Below are positions 48,891-58,361 of a stretch of 64,000 nucleotides of DNA, piece after piece; the stretch's first letter is position 1, and every line of letters starts with the position of its first letter. Under the pieces are notes generated by a model. The model was not told the DNA's origin. It ran no database searches and saw nothing but the letters and a program-made list of their open reading frames with translations. The DNA is from an uncultured Actinomycetota bacterium. Its GTDB lineage: Bacteria > Actinomycetota > Actinomycetes > Propionibacteriales > Propionibacteriaceae. The stretch covers positions 291,577 to 355,576 of the forward strand of contig CAWEGC010000008.1 of the NCBI GenBank assembly GCA_963808495.1, read 5' to 3'. Both the position numbers and the translations under genes were made by a program.

Positions 48891-49792
48891 TATCCGACCG
48901 TTCCGTCCGGGCCCGGGCTGTATCCGAGCAGCCGCTCGGCCTCCTCGAGGCCGCCCTGCAAATCGCCGACCGTGTTCATCTTGCTGAGATCCACACCGAT
49001 AGTCACCAGGGTTTCAGCAATCTTCGGTGAGAGCCCAGTGATGATGACGCTCGCGCCCATCAGTCGTGACGCGTCGACGGTCCGCACGAGGTGATTGGCC
49101 ACTGCCTCGTCCACGTCGGGCGCACCGGTGATGTCGATCACCACGACCTTGGCGCGATGCGTACGAATACCAGCCAGCAGCTGCTCTGTCAGCTGGCGCG
49201 CGCGTTCGGTGTCCAAGACACCGATGATCGGCAGTATCAGCAGACGTTCCCGTACGGGGAGCACGGGAGTGGAGAGCTCGCGGATCGAATCTTGCTGTTG
49301 CCGAATGATCCGTTCGCGCTCCTCGACAAAACTGACGGCGACGGTGTTGGCGATACGGTTGGCCGCCGGCTCATAGGCGTCCAGCACGCGATTGAGCAGC
49401 GAGAAGTCTTGCTGGTACTTCTCGAACAACGACCTCGCGAGGACATCACGCAGAAGCAGGACGATGCCGACAACCTCGTGGGTCTCCACGCCCCGAGGGA
49501 TGATCCGTTCTGACAGATCGCGGGCATAGTGCTGTAACGCCTCAACACTGCCGGTTTCCAGCACCTCCACGTAATTGTCGTAGACCGAACGTGTCTCGTC
49601 TGCCGTCTCTTGTGTAGTCATCGCTTCGAGCAGGTGCGCTTCATGTATTCGACTCGCCCACTCTTCACGCAATTGGCTGCGGTGTTGACGCAGATGTGAC
49701 ACGAGTTGGGGGAGCAGCTGCGCCTCGTCCTCCCGATCAATCGCCGGGAAATCCTCCGCCGGTTTCTCCGCCGTCTGTGAATCCTCACTCAT
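48890..49792 (-). CDS. rsbR: Stressosome sensor RsbR (N-terminal globin-like domain plus STAS)
   Basis: Helical N-domain, then QQQDSIRELSTPVLPV, IGVLDTERA, IDITG, RLMGA, TGLSPKIAETLV. Confidence 0.88.
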   Translation of the reverse strand: MSEDSQTAEKPAEDFPAIDREDEAQLLPQLVSHLRQHRSQLREEWASRIHEAHLLEAMTTQETADETRSVYDNYVEVLETGSVEALQHYARDLSERIIPRGVETHEVVGIVLLLRDVLARSLFEKYQQDFSLLNRVLDAYEPAANRIANTVAVSFVEERERIIRQQQDSIRELSTPVLPVRERLLILPIIGVLDTERARQLTEQLLAGIRTHRAKVVVIDITGAPDVDEAVANHLVRTVDASRLMGASVIITGLSPKIAETLVTIGVDLSKMNTVGDLQGGLEEAERLLGYSPGPDGTVG

Positions 49793-50871
49793 CGTTCATC
49801 CTTCCGTTCCCACTTGGTCATCGTCACCGTCGTTCCGACGTCGATCTCTGATGAAATCGTGAATTCGTCCATCAGGCGACGCGCACCCGGGAGACCTAAA
49901 CCCAGCCCGTTGTATGTGCTGTAGCCATCGGATAGGGCCAGGTCAACGTCACGTATCCCCGGGCCTGTATCGCGGGCCACGATCCGAATCCCCGGCCGCG
50001 GTTCATCGAGAAGCTCGAGGAAGATCTGGCCATTTCCGGCGAAGCGAACGATGTTTCGAGTGATCTCCGACACCGCTGTGGCAATCAACGTCAGGTCTGT
50101 CCGCGAGAATCGAAGCTGCGTTGCCAGTTCACGGGCTTTCTTGCGCGCCGCCACAACGTCGGCGTCGCGCTGGATTCGGATAATGACTTGGTTTTCGTCT
50201 TGCGGCGCACGCTGCAGAAGCGGCTCGCTCAGCTCGGAGCAAAAGTCACATTCCAACAGATGTCGCGCAGCGTCGACTTCCCGCTGACGACGACGGTCAG
50301 CGCTTGACAGGGCATAGAGGACCGCCCGGCAGCGGTCGGTCGGCGGTTCCGCGCCATTGAGGGCGAGCAGATACTCCACGCGCAACCGAGCGCGGCTCCG
50401 ACTGAGTTGTGCAGCGACGGCGCCAGCCGAGGAATTGAGTTCGGCTGCCAGCGATTTCATGTCCTGCCCGGATACCTCGTGGGCAACGAGGGTCCGCTGT
50501 TCGCGGTCGGTCAGGCGCTGCAACGCTGCGGTTATCGCCGCCCGCTCCTCGTCTTTGAGGATGCGCTCATCGGGGGCGTCTGGATGCGCCATGTCGAGGA
50601 CGCGATGCTGGTTCCTACGGTGCGCATCTCGAGTTCGCCACATGGAGGTGACGAGGTTCCGAGCCGTGGTGATCGCGTAGGGCTCGATCAAGCCAGGTTC
50701 CACGCGATTGGCGGCGGCAAGCACTTTGACAAGGGTCTCCTGGACGAGATCCTCAGCAACAGCTTCATCAGGCACACGGGAGAAGACGATCCGTCGAACC
50801 ATCGGCAGAAGCGCCGCGACATCGACGTCCTCAAAGTCGGGCCGAGCTCCATCGAGCTCAGCGCCGGCCAT
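49789..50871 (-). CDS. ECF sigma factor - ZAS zinc finger - RsbT kinase fusion
   Basis: Sigma2 AEDLVQET...TARNL; sigma4 ALQRLTDREQ...LAAELNSSAGAV...SRSRARLR; C-x22-H-x3-C-x2-C; RsbT TAVSEITRNI, DTGPGI, DGYST, GLGLGLPGARRLMDEF, GTTVTMTKW; one uninterrupted ORF. Confidence 0.85.
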   Translation of the reverse strand: MAGAELDGARPDFEDVDVAALLPMVRRIVFSRVPDEAVAEDLVQETLVKVLAAANRVEPGLIEPYAITTARNLVTSMWRTRDAHRRNQHRVLDMAHPDAPDERILKDEERAAITAALQRLTDREQRTLVAHEVSGQDMKSLAAELNSSAGAVAAQLSRSRARLRVEYLLALNGAEPPTDRCRAVLYALSSADRRRQREVDAARHLLECDFCSELSEPLLQRAPQDENQVIIRIQRDADVVAARKKARELATQLRFSRTDLTLIATAVSEITRNIVRFAGNGQIFLELLDEPRPGIRIVARDTGPGIRDVDLALSDGYSTYNGLGLGLPGARRLMDEFTISSEIDVGTTVTMTKWERKDER

Positions 50872-50963
50872 GAACGCACACTACGCGGGGTGGGCTCGGT
50901 CAGCTACGGCAGCCACTCCTCGCGCGCGAGCGCAGCCCAGTCTGCGGAGCCATCGGGCCTTGA

Positions 50964-51947
50964 CTAGGCAGCCACCGGTACTCGCTCGTCCAGCAACCCT
51001 TCAGCGCAAAGATCACGCCACAGCTGACCGGGTACGCCCGCCGCGAAGAAGGCGAGGTTCTGCCGGACCTCCTCGGCTGACCGCATACCCAGAACGACGC
51101 CGGCTATCGCCGGGTGTGTCAGCGGGAACGCCATGGCCGCTTGTGGCAGGGTCACGCCGTGCACCGCGCACATCGCGGCTATGCGATTGGCTTTGTCCAG
51201 GACCGCTGACGACGCAGTCTGATAGCCAAACATCGCTCCCGGCCCAGGTTGACGCTGGGCGAGCACTCCGGAGTGGAACACCGCCGCGGCGATCACCGAT
51301 ACCCCACGCTCCTGGCAGGCCGGCAACAGCTGGTCGAGAGCCGACTGGTCGAGCAGGGTGTACCGACCGGGCAACATCAGCACGTCGACATCGGTCTCCC
51401 GGACGAGCTCAGTCAGCAAGCCGGCATGTTCCATCCCGGCACCGATCGCGCCGACGACGCCTTCCCCCCGGAGTTCGGCCAGGGCGGGGTACCCGTGGTG
51501 CAGCGCGGCCTCGAAGTGTTCACCAGCGTCGTGAAGGTAAAGGACGTCCACCCGGTCCAGGCCCATCCGAACCAGCGACTCCTCCAAACTTCGACGAACG
51601 CCATCCCGGGAGAAGTCCCACACCCGGCGATGCGTGGCCGGGACCTGGAAAGCCTCGTCGGTTCGCCCCGCAGGGTCCTGTTCGACGAGGAGCCTGCCGA
51701 CCTTTGTCGACAGCGTGAAGGCATCCCTGGGCTGCTGGCGGAGGAACTCCCCAAACCGGCGCTCCGACTGCCCTATCCCGTAGTGAGGTGCGGTGTCGAA
51801 GTAGCGGATGCCGCCATCCCAAACGGCGCCCAACGTTGCAGCAGCCGCATCGTCATCCACAGGCTGGAACAGCCCACCCAGCGGACCACCGCCCAAGCCC
51901 AGCTCAGTCACTTCGATCCGACCGCCGTGCAGGCGATTCGTCCGCAT
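50964..51947 (-). CDS. Aldo/keto reductase (D-threo-aldose/L-fucose dehydrogenase-like)
   Basis: GLGGGPLG, FDTAPHYG, LSTKVGR, YLHD, GRYTLLDQ. Confidence 0.88.
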   Translation of the reverse strand: MRTNRLHGGRIEVTELGLGGGPLGGLFQPVDDDAAAATLGAVWDGGIRYFDTAPHYGIGQSERRFGEFLRQQPRDAFTLSTKVGRLLVEQDPAGRTDEAFQVPATHRRVWDFSRDGVRRSLEESLVRMGLDRVDVLYLHDAGEHFEAALHHGYPALAELRGEGVVGAIGAGMEHAGLLTELVRETDVDVLMLPGRYTLLDQSALDQLLPACQERGVSVIAAAVFHSGVLAQRQPGPGAMFGYQTASSAVLDKANRIAAMCAVHGVTLPQAAMAFPLTHPAIAGVVLGMRSAEEVRQNLAFFAAGVPGQLWRDLCAEGLLDERVPVAA

Positions 51948-52282
51948 ACCCGTTCACCTTCCTCGTCCCATGGGTGGCTTCGCCGCCCGAGCTGGTTAGC
52001 AGATGCCACATACCCAGCCCACCGCGTGAACCATCTCGAGTCGAACTGGATCACCTGTGACTTGCCGGTCGAGGTGGGGCACGACGTCGTTGCGGACGAT
52101 ATGACGCTCTGCCATCCGAGATGCTCCACCGATTGAGGCGGGTTGGCTTGACGTCAACCACCACGAACAGCGTTACTTGGTGTCGCCCCCAGGGCCGGTG
52201 TTCCCGCCTGACCGCTCGCCCTGGGGGCTCTTTCCCTGCTTCGGGGACCAAATCCGTCCGACCGCCGGCTAATCCGCGCCCC

Positions 52283-53302
52283 TTAAACCAAGGTTCGATT
52301 CTGGTCGGACACCGATGATTCTTGGACTGCGGGCTGCTGCCTCGGTGTTCCCAGAGTCGCCCTGCCAATGGCAGTCAACAGCAGACCGATGATCGCGTAT
52401 CCGAGCAACACCGCCAGAGGGGTGGTGGCACCGGCTCCATCGAAGAAGGCGGTGGACCGCAACAAGGTCGCGCCGGCGCCCACTGGCAGGTACTGGCCGA
52501 TTTCTCCCCATGGTTGAGGCAGCAGTTCTGGGGCGCTGGCAACTGCGGATAGCGGGTTACCAACCAAGAACACGGCGATGACCCCTAGCGCGATGCCTGC
52601 CCGGCCCAGCAGCGCGCCCAGTCCAGCAAGGGTTGCGCTCGTTGCGATGGCAAACAACCCGATGGCACCAGCGTTCAACAGATAGCTACCGGGCAGCAGG
52701 CCAAGCCACAGCTGCAGTACCGCCGCCGCACCGAATCCGGCGAGGACTGCGAAGGTGACCAAGCCCATCAGCTTGGCGGCTCGATTACGGAGCAGGATCG
52801 TGAGTGCGATTCCCGCGACCATCCCAGTAAGGGCGAGAGGAAGGAAACCTGATGCGAATCCAGCCCCGAGCGGGTCGTCCGGATCCGCCGGCACCACGGC
52901 GACGACTGGCACCGGCCGACCACCTCCCAGTGGAGCCGTTGCCTGAGTGAGGAGAGCGGCCACCGCCGGGCTGGCGCCTGGCGCCGTATGCAGAGACACA
53001 CCCGGAGGCTCGACGATCAGCGCGCCGTACGCCTCTCGATCGCGCAACGCCTGGTCGGCCGCAGCTGCGTCGGGAAGTTGGGTGACCTTGAACGCACCAG
53101 GTTCAGCGCCATTCAGGGCTGCACTCAAGGCGGCTGCCGCCTGGGGCTGGCCCGCGACCACAAGTGGCAGATCACGGGGAGCCAGGTTTGCCGCGGGAGC
53201 GGCGAACAAGGGAACCATGAGCACCTGAAGCGCGAAGACCAGAACCGCGATTGCGACTGCTTGAAGCAGCGCTGGGGGCCTTCTCTGCCCTGTTGACGAC
53301 AT
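52283..53302 (-). CDS. ABC-2/YhgE-Pip-like membrane protein
   Basis: TM1, extracellular loop (PRDLPLVVAG, REAYGA), five more TM helices, GQYLPVGAG. Confidence 0.75.
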   Translation of the reverse strand: MSSTGQRRPPALLQAVAIAVLVFALQVLMVPLFAAPAANLAPRDLPLVVAGQPQAAAALSAALNGAEPGAFKVTQLPDAAAADQALRDREAYGALIVEPPGVSLHTAPGASPAVAALLTQATAPLGGGRPVPVVAVVPADPDDPLGAGFASGFLPLALTGMVAGIALTILLRNRAAKLMGLVTFAVLAGFGAAAVLQLWLGLLPGSYLLNAGAIGLFAIATSATLAGLGALLGRAGIALGVIAVFLVGNPLSAVASAPELLPQPWGEIGQYLPVGAGATLLRSTAFFDGAGATTPLAVLLGYAIIGLLLTAIGRATLGTPRQQPAVQESSVSDQNRTLV

Positions 53303-53314
53303 TCTCAGCTCCTT

Positions 53315-53393
53315 AAAACGAGAGTTCGTTCGCCTAGCTCAATCTTCGGTCCTCACGGCTCCCATCGTCAAGAGCGAGCGTTCGTTTTATGAT
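53315..53393. promoter_or_regulatory. Two TetR operator-like palindromes plus a -10 element
   Basis: AAAACGAGAGTTCGTTCG (53315-53332) and AGAGCGAGCGTTCGTTTT (53371-53388) match the perfect palindrome AAAACGAACGTTCGTTTT at 14/18 and 15/18; TATGAT at 53388-53393 lies 7 nt before ATG 53401. Confidence 0.65.
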
Positions 53394-53400
53394 GACTCCT

Positions 53401-54007
53401 ATGCCCCGTGTAACCGACGACCATCTCGCAGCCAGGCGTCAGCAGATTCTCTCCGCCGCTCAGACATGTTTTCGGCGCAACGGCTTCCACAGCACGTCAA
53501 TGCAGGATGTCATCGCGGAGGCCGGCCTGTCCGTCGGCGCGGTGTACCGATACTTCAAGAGCAAGGACGATCTGATCACGTCAATTGCCGAAACGGTGCT
53601 CGATGGGGCAGATCAGATCTTCGAGGACCTCGCCTCTCACAATCCGCCCGAGTCACTGCTCGAAACCATGGCTCGCGCGCTCAGTTTCGTCGACACCCAG
53701 ACCGGCCCCGAGGGGATATTTCCCCTCGCGCTCCAGGTGTGGGCAGAAGCGCAACGTGATCCAGTGCTGGCCGATTTCGTAGCCGAGAAATACACCACGA
53801 TTCGGCAGCACTTCGTCGCGGCGGCGGTCCGTGCCCGAGACGCCGGGGAACTTCCGGCGGACGCCGATGTCGCTGCCGATCGGGGCGGTGCTCTTCGGCA
53901 TGCTTCCCGGCTACGCTCTGCAGCGCATCCTCGCCGAAGGGCCAGACAAGGACACGTACCTTCACGGCGTAAAGACCCTCATGCTGACCGCTCATCGATG
54001 CGAATAA
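53401..54007 (+). CDS. TetR/AcrR family regulator (frameshift near 53878)
   Basis: RRQQILSAA...GFHSTSMQDVIAEAGLSVGAVYRYFKSKDDL; C-terminus IGAVLFGMLPGYALQR...* in the shifted frame. Confidence 0.88.
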
Positions 54008-54102
54008 CCGGGCGCTGCACTTCGGGTCTCAGTCGGTCGACTTGTGCGCAGCTCGACTTGTGCCGGGTGATCCCAGCCCTGCCCGGATACCGCCTCTCGG
54101 CC

Positions 54103-56203
54103 TTACCCGGCCGAGCCCTCTTGGCGCGGGAATGACAACGATCCCGCCGAATCCGGGACGTCACCTCGTTGCTCCTGTACGGACTTGCGATGTCCGAGCG
54201 CACGGAGCATCGCTACGAGGACGATATGGAGCCGGTCAGCTCCTTCGATCTGCTCAGCGGGCAGAACCCCGGCGAGCGCTCGCGGGGTCAGCAGAACGGC
54301 GCGGTCCTGCCACCCGCCAAGACCGCCATGCGCACCGACGAGAGGTTCGAATGCCGCGATGTCGAGAGTGATGTCGTCGACCCGGCTGTTGATGTACAGG
54401 TCTGGCGCCTCCGGCATGGCGACGGCCCGGCCAAGCACCCGGAGAGCGTGTTCACCGTACGGCTGCAGCGGGTTTCGTCCGACGACATCACCGGTGTCAA
54501 GCCGCACACGACCGTGGGCATCAACCGCCCACGGCACCGCTGCAGAGTCCAGACCCGCGATGAACCCGATGCCCTCGTGTGCGCACAGGCCGGGGATGAG
54601 GTTCGGCCAGCGCTGCTCCAACTCCTCTAGGGTCAACCGGATCTTCGAGTGCACATACAGCAAACCGAGGTTGCCTGACCCCAGTACCGAGATGGGAGCC
54701 GTGGTTCCGGCTTCGGCACCCTCGTCGACGTGTCGTCGGCTGGTAGCGGCAGCGCGGCCGGCCGCTCGGCCGGTAAGACCGCTGCCCGAGAGGTCTTCGG
54801 CGAGCGAGTCGACGCGTCCCCACGTCTCGACCGGAGCGTCGATCGAGGCCACTTCCTGCTCCATGAGCCGCGTGCACAGCTCGCCGAGATCACTGCCGAA
54901 GCGATCGCGAAACGTCTGACCCTGAGACTGACCGTGGTCGGAGAGCACCACGATGTGGTACCGCCGGGGAGCGTGCGCCGCCAGAGTCTCCAGTGTGGCA
55001 AGAACCCGATCCAACCCGTCGAGGGAGGCGAGCGACTCGGGACGGAACATGCCGGCATGGTGGGCGATCTCGTCGTAGTCGACGTAGTCCACGTAGATGC
55101 TCTTGGTTCCCTTCTGCATTTCCTCCGCAATAACCGCGGTGTTGAAATCGCGCTGCATGACGTTGGTGGCGGCGCGAAGAACGGCGAAGGTCCATCCGCG
55201 GTGGACGCGCGGCAGGATGTTGAGGCGGTTCTGTCGGGCGGCTTGCCACCGCTCCTTCATCAGCTCCGCAACCGTCCGTACCACTCCCCGAGTGAACCCT
55301 TGAGGATTGGTCAGGAACCAGGCGAACGTGCGTCGTGCAGCAGCGGAGTCACGCGCTTGGCCGAGGTGGCTCATCGTCAGGATGGCGCGAGGCGCGTCAC
55401 CGGTGAACAGATTGCCGAGGGCCAGCCCGTCGTCGGCAAGCAAGCCGACTCCGGTGGTCGCGCGCTGCTCGATGATGGCGGCATCGGGGCCCCGGTTGGC
55501 GATCAGGACCCGACTCAGCTCCCGGTCGTACCATCGGAAAGCCGGGACGCCCGCCACCGTGCCGTGCAGGATCCCCAGCTGACTCGCCGGCGTGGTGCAC
55601 GGAAACTGTGGTGTCCACTCTCGGAGCACATACTCACCCGACGTGACCCAGCGTCGCAGGGTGGTTACCCGGCCCGCCTGGACAGCCCACCTGAGGACTG
55701 GGAACGGGACGCCGTCCAACTGGACGAAGACAACACCGTCGACCTCGGGGTCGGTGACTGGGTCGCCGGTCGCACGACGTCGCAGCAACGAGGACGTGAA
55801 CGAGTCATCAGTGCCGGCACTCCCCAGCCAGGCGGCTGCGGTGCCAACCCCAGCGACGATCCACGACGCCCAGAACGCAGACCAGAAGGTGGCGGTGATC
55901 CCCGGCGCGACCCAGATCGCGGCATAGACCACCAGCGCGTGTCCGACAAGGCCGGCAAGAAGGACCGCAACCCAGCCGATCCGACTGGTCACCAGGACGA
56001 CAGCTGGCCGGAATACCAGGCCCAGCAAACCGCCAACCGCCGTAGCCGCCAGGTATGCCCACCATGCCTGGGCTGTCAGGTCGGGTAACAGCAGGTCTGC
56101 GATGGCCAACGCCGCCGACGAGACGAGCCACACCACGACCAACCGGACGAGATCGCTCGGGACGAAAACCCGCCCGAGGATGAGCTCGCGCTCGTTTGGC
56201 CAC
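54103..56203 (-). CDS. 4-TM phage-holin-family domain fused to an alkaline phosphatase/phosphodiesterase domain
   Basis: Four N-terminal TM helices; VQLDGV, TTPASQLGILHG, YDEIAHH, VLSDHGQSQG, GAHGGLGG. Confidence 0.8.
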
Positions 56204-56386
56204 GTCAGCCACCCACCTTCCCGCGGACGGCAACGCCGCATCGATGGCTAGAGCCGCAGCTGGCTCACACCATGCCGGGCAGCTCGGGATTCAATAGTGC
56301 ACTACGAACATCTTGAGTACGGAGGCCTCTGTAGCAGGGTGCATCGCCGGCGACAGCCGTCGGCACGATGACTGCAACGCACTCCC

Positions 56387-56759
56387 CTACACCGAGCTGG
56401 GCGGCGTGAGGAGCCGTGAGATGGAGACGAAGGTTGCCGGCACCAGCTTGTAGTACGCCCATTTTCCGCGCTGTTCGCGTTGGAGCACGCCGGCGTCGAC
56501 GAGAATTTTGAGGTGATGGGAGACAGTGGGCTGACTGAGGCCGACTGGCTCCGTCAGATCACAGACGCAGGCTTCAGCGTCGGCATGCGCGGCGACGAGG
56601 GACACGAGGCGCAGCCTGGTTGGTTCGGCAATGGCCTTGAGCACGGCGGCCAGCGACTCCGCCTCGGTCACCGTCATCACGTGCCCGACCACCGGCGAGC
56701 AACATTCGGTCAAGACGAGTGGCAGAACCGTCCCGCTGCTGACCAGGCATCGACAGCAT
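56387..56759 (-). CDS. arsR: ArsR family repressor (probable frameshift near the 5' end)
   Basis: CCSP N-terminal pair, KAIAEPTRLRL, EACVCDL, LSQPTVSHHLKIL, GKWAYY; CAGGAT-6nt-ATG supports a start at 56759. Confidence 0.85.
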
Positions 56760-56777
56760 GACGCCATCCTGTCACAT

Positions 56778-56828
56778 ATTGACAAATCTCGATGTGAGGG
56801 GATTACAGTTGCATCGACGAGTTTCGAT
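56778..56828. promoter_or_regulatory. Two ArsR operator-like inverted repeats and a TTGACA element
   Basis: ATTGACAAATCTCGAT (56778-56793) and ATCGACGAGTTTCGAT (56813-56828), both followed by GTGA, between divergent arsR and arsM. Confidence 0.65.
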
Positions 56829-56842
56829 GTGAGAAGGGTGCG

Positions 56843-57646
56843 ATGACTGGATCGGATGAATTGCGGGAGCGCGTGCGAGAGCGGTACGCGGAGGCCGCCA
56901 CCACCGTCTTGGAGGGCCGTGGGTCGGCCTCGTGCTGTGACTCAGAGTGCGGCGGCACGGTCTCCACGAGTAGTTCGGCGTCATGCTGTGGCCCAACGGT
57001 GCTTGAGGTCGATGAGACATTCGGCGGTGCGCTCTACAGCCGCGGCGAGCGCGACGAGCTGCCGGTGGCCGCCGTCGCGGCCAGCTTGGGGTGCGGCAAT
57101 CCCACCGCCGTGGCGGAACTTCGGGAGGGCGAACGGGTACTCGACCTGGGCTCCGGCGGGGGCATCGATGTGCTGCTCTCGGCGCAACGCGTGGGGCCGA
57201 CCGGCTTCGCCTATGGGGTCGACATGACCGACGAGATGCTGGAACTGGCACGCGGCAACGCCGCCAAGGCGGGCGCGTCCAATGTCGCGTTCCTGAAGGG
57301 AATCATCGAGGACGTACCGTTGCCGGACGGCTCGGTGGACGTCGTTATCAGCAATTGCGTCATCAACCTGTCCACCGACAAGCGCAAAGTCATCACCGAG
57401 ATCTACCGGGTGCTCGTGCCGGGGGGCCGGATCGGCATCAGCGACGTCGTCGCCGAAGATCACCTCACTCCTGCTGAGCGGGCCGAACGCGGGTCCTACG
57501 TAGGCTGCATCGCGGGCGCATTGTCGCGAAGCGAATATCTCACAAGTCTGGCAGCTGCCGGTTTCGCCGACGGGTCGGTGGTTTTCACTCACCGAACCGC
57601 CGACGGCATGTACAGCGCGATCATCCAGGCCACAAAGCCGCGGTGA
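56843..57646 (+). CDS. arsM: Arsenite S-adenosylmethionine methyltransferase
   Basis: N-terminal CC pairs, SLGCGNP, LDLGSGGGID, ISNCVINL, GCIAGA. Confidence 0.9.
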   Translation: MTGSDELRERVRERYAEAATTVLEGRGSASCCDSECGGTVSTSSSASCCGPTVLEVDETFGGALYSRGERDELPVAAVAASLGCGNPTAVAELREGERVLDLGSGGGIDVLLSAQRVGPTGFAYGVDMTDEMLELARGNAAKAGASNVAFLKGIIEDVPLPDGSVDVVISNCVINLSTDKRKVITEIYRVLVPGGRIGISDVVAEDHLTPAERAERGSYVGCIAGALSRSEYLTSLAAAGFADGSVVFTHRTADGMYSAIIQATKPR

Positions 57647-57668
57647 CGGCACCTAGACCGAGGACAGC

Positions 57669-58139
57669 ATGAGCCCCACTGACATCCCAGCTGAGCGCCC
57701 CACTTCCGATGCGATGGCTGATGGACCGGGCGACAGCGACCAGTCAAGGCCCTCCGTGCTGTTCGTCTGCGTGCACAACGCCGGACGGTCCCAGATGGCC
57801 GCCGGATACCTGAAAGAGCTGTCGGGCGGTGCCATCGAGGTCCGATCGGCTGGCAGCGAACCGGCCGACAAGATCAACAGCGTTGCTGTTCAGGCGATGG
57901 CCGAGGACGGCATCGACATCGCCGCCGAGCAACCCAAGATCCTCACCAACGACACCGTCAAGGCCTCCGACGTGGTGATCACCATGGGCTGCGGTGACAC
58001 TTGTCCGTACTATCCCGGCAAACGTTACGAGGACTGGACCCTCGACGACCCGGCCGGACAAGGCATCGATGTGGTGAGACCCATCCGCAATCAGATCCGC
58101 CAGCGCGTCGAACAACTGATCCGAGAGCTGCAGGAATGA
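57669..58139 (+). CDS. arsC: Arsenate reductase (LMW-PTP fold)
   Basis: CVHNAGRSQMA, TMGCGDTCP, DDPAG. Confidence 0.9.
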   Translation: MSPTDIPAERPTSDAMADGPGDSDQSRPSVLFVCVHNAGRSQMAAGYLKELSGGAIEVRSAGSEPADKINSVAVQAMAEDGIDIAAEQPKILTNDTVKASDVVITMGCGDTCPYYPGKRYEDWTLDDPAGQGIDVVRPIRNQIRQRVEQLIRELQE

Positions 58140-58361
58140 ATCAGGCCTGAACTTTCGGTGCCGCGGCATTTTGGTCGCTTTCTCTCATGGTGACGCGGCC
58201 TGTTGATCGTCCGAACGGTCGTGGCTACATGAACCGCTTGACGAAGCGCGAGGGCCGTTTCGGCTACTCAGCCGCCGTTGTCGATGGTGAGGGCGTGACC
58301 CGCGATTCTTGATCTTGACGATCTCAGTGACCGCTGTTGTTGTGCAATGCGGCTCACCTCA

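Noticed and set aside
51950-52280. Possible small gene or remnant between the AKR and the permease
   Set aside because: No recognisable motif, RBS or consistent frame.
54730-56088. Long antisense ORFs (also 21403-22653, 17631-18737, 41445-42824, 46294-47319)
   Set aside because: Shadow frames typical of high-GC coding DNA, lying opposite well-supported genes.
54103-56203. Prophage suggested by a holin-family domain
   Set aside because: No integrase, endolysin or structural genes are nearby.
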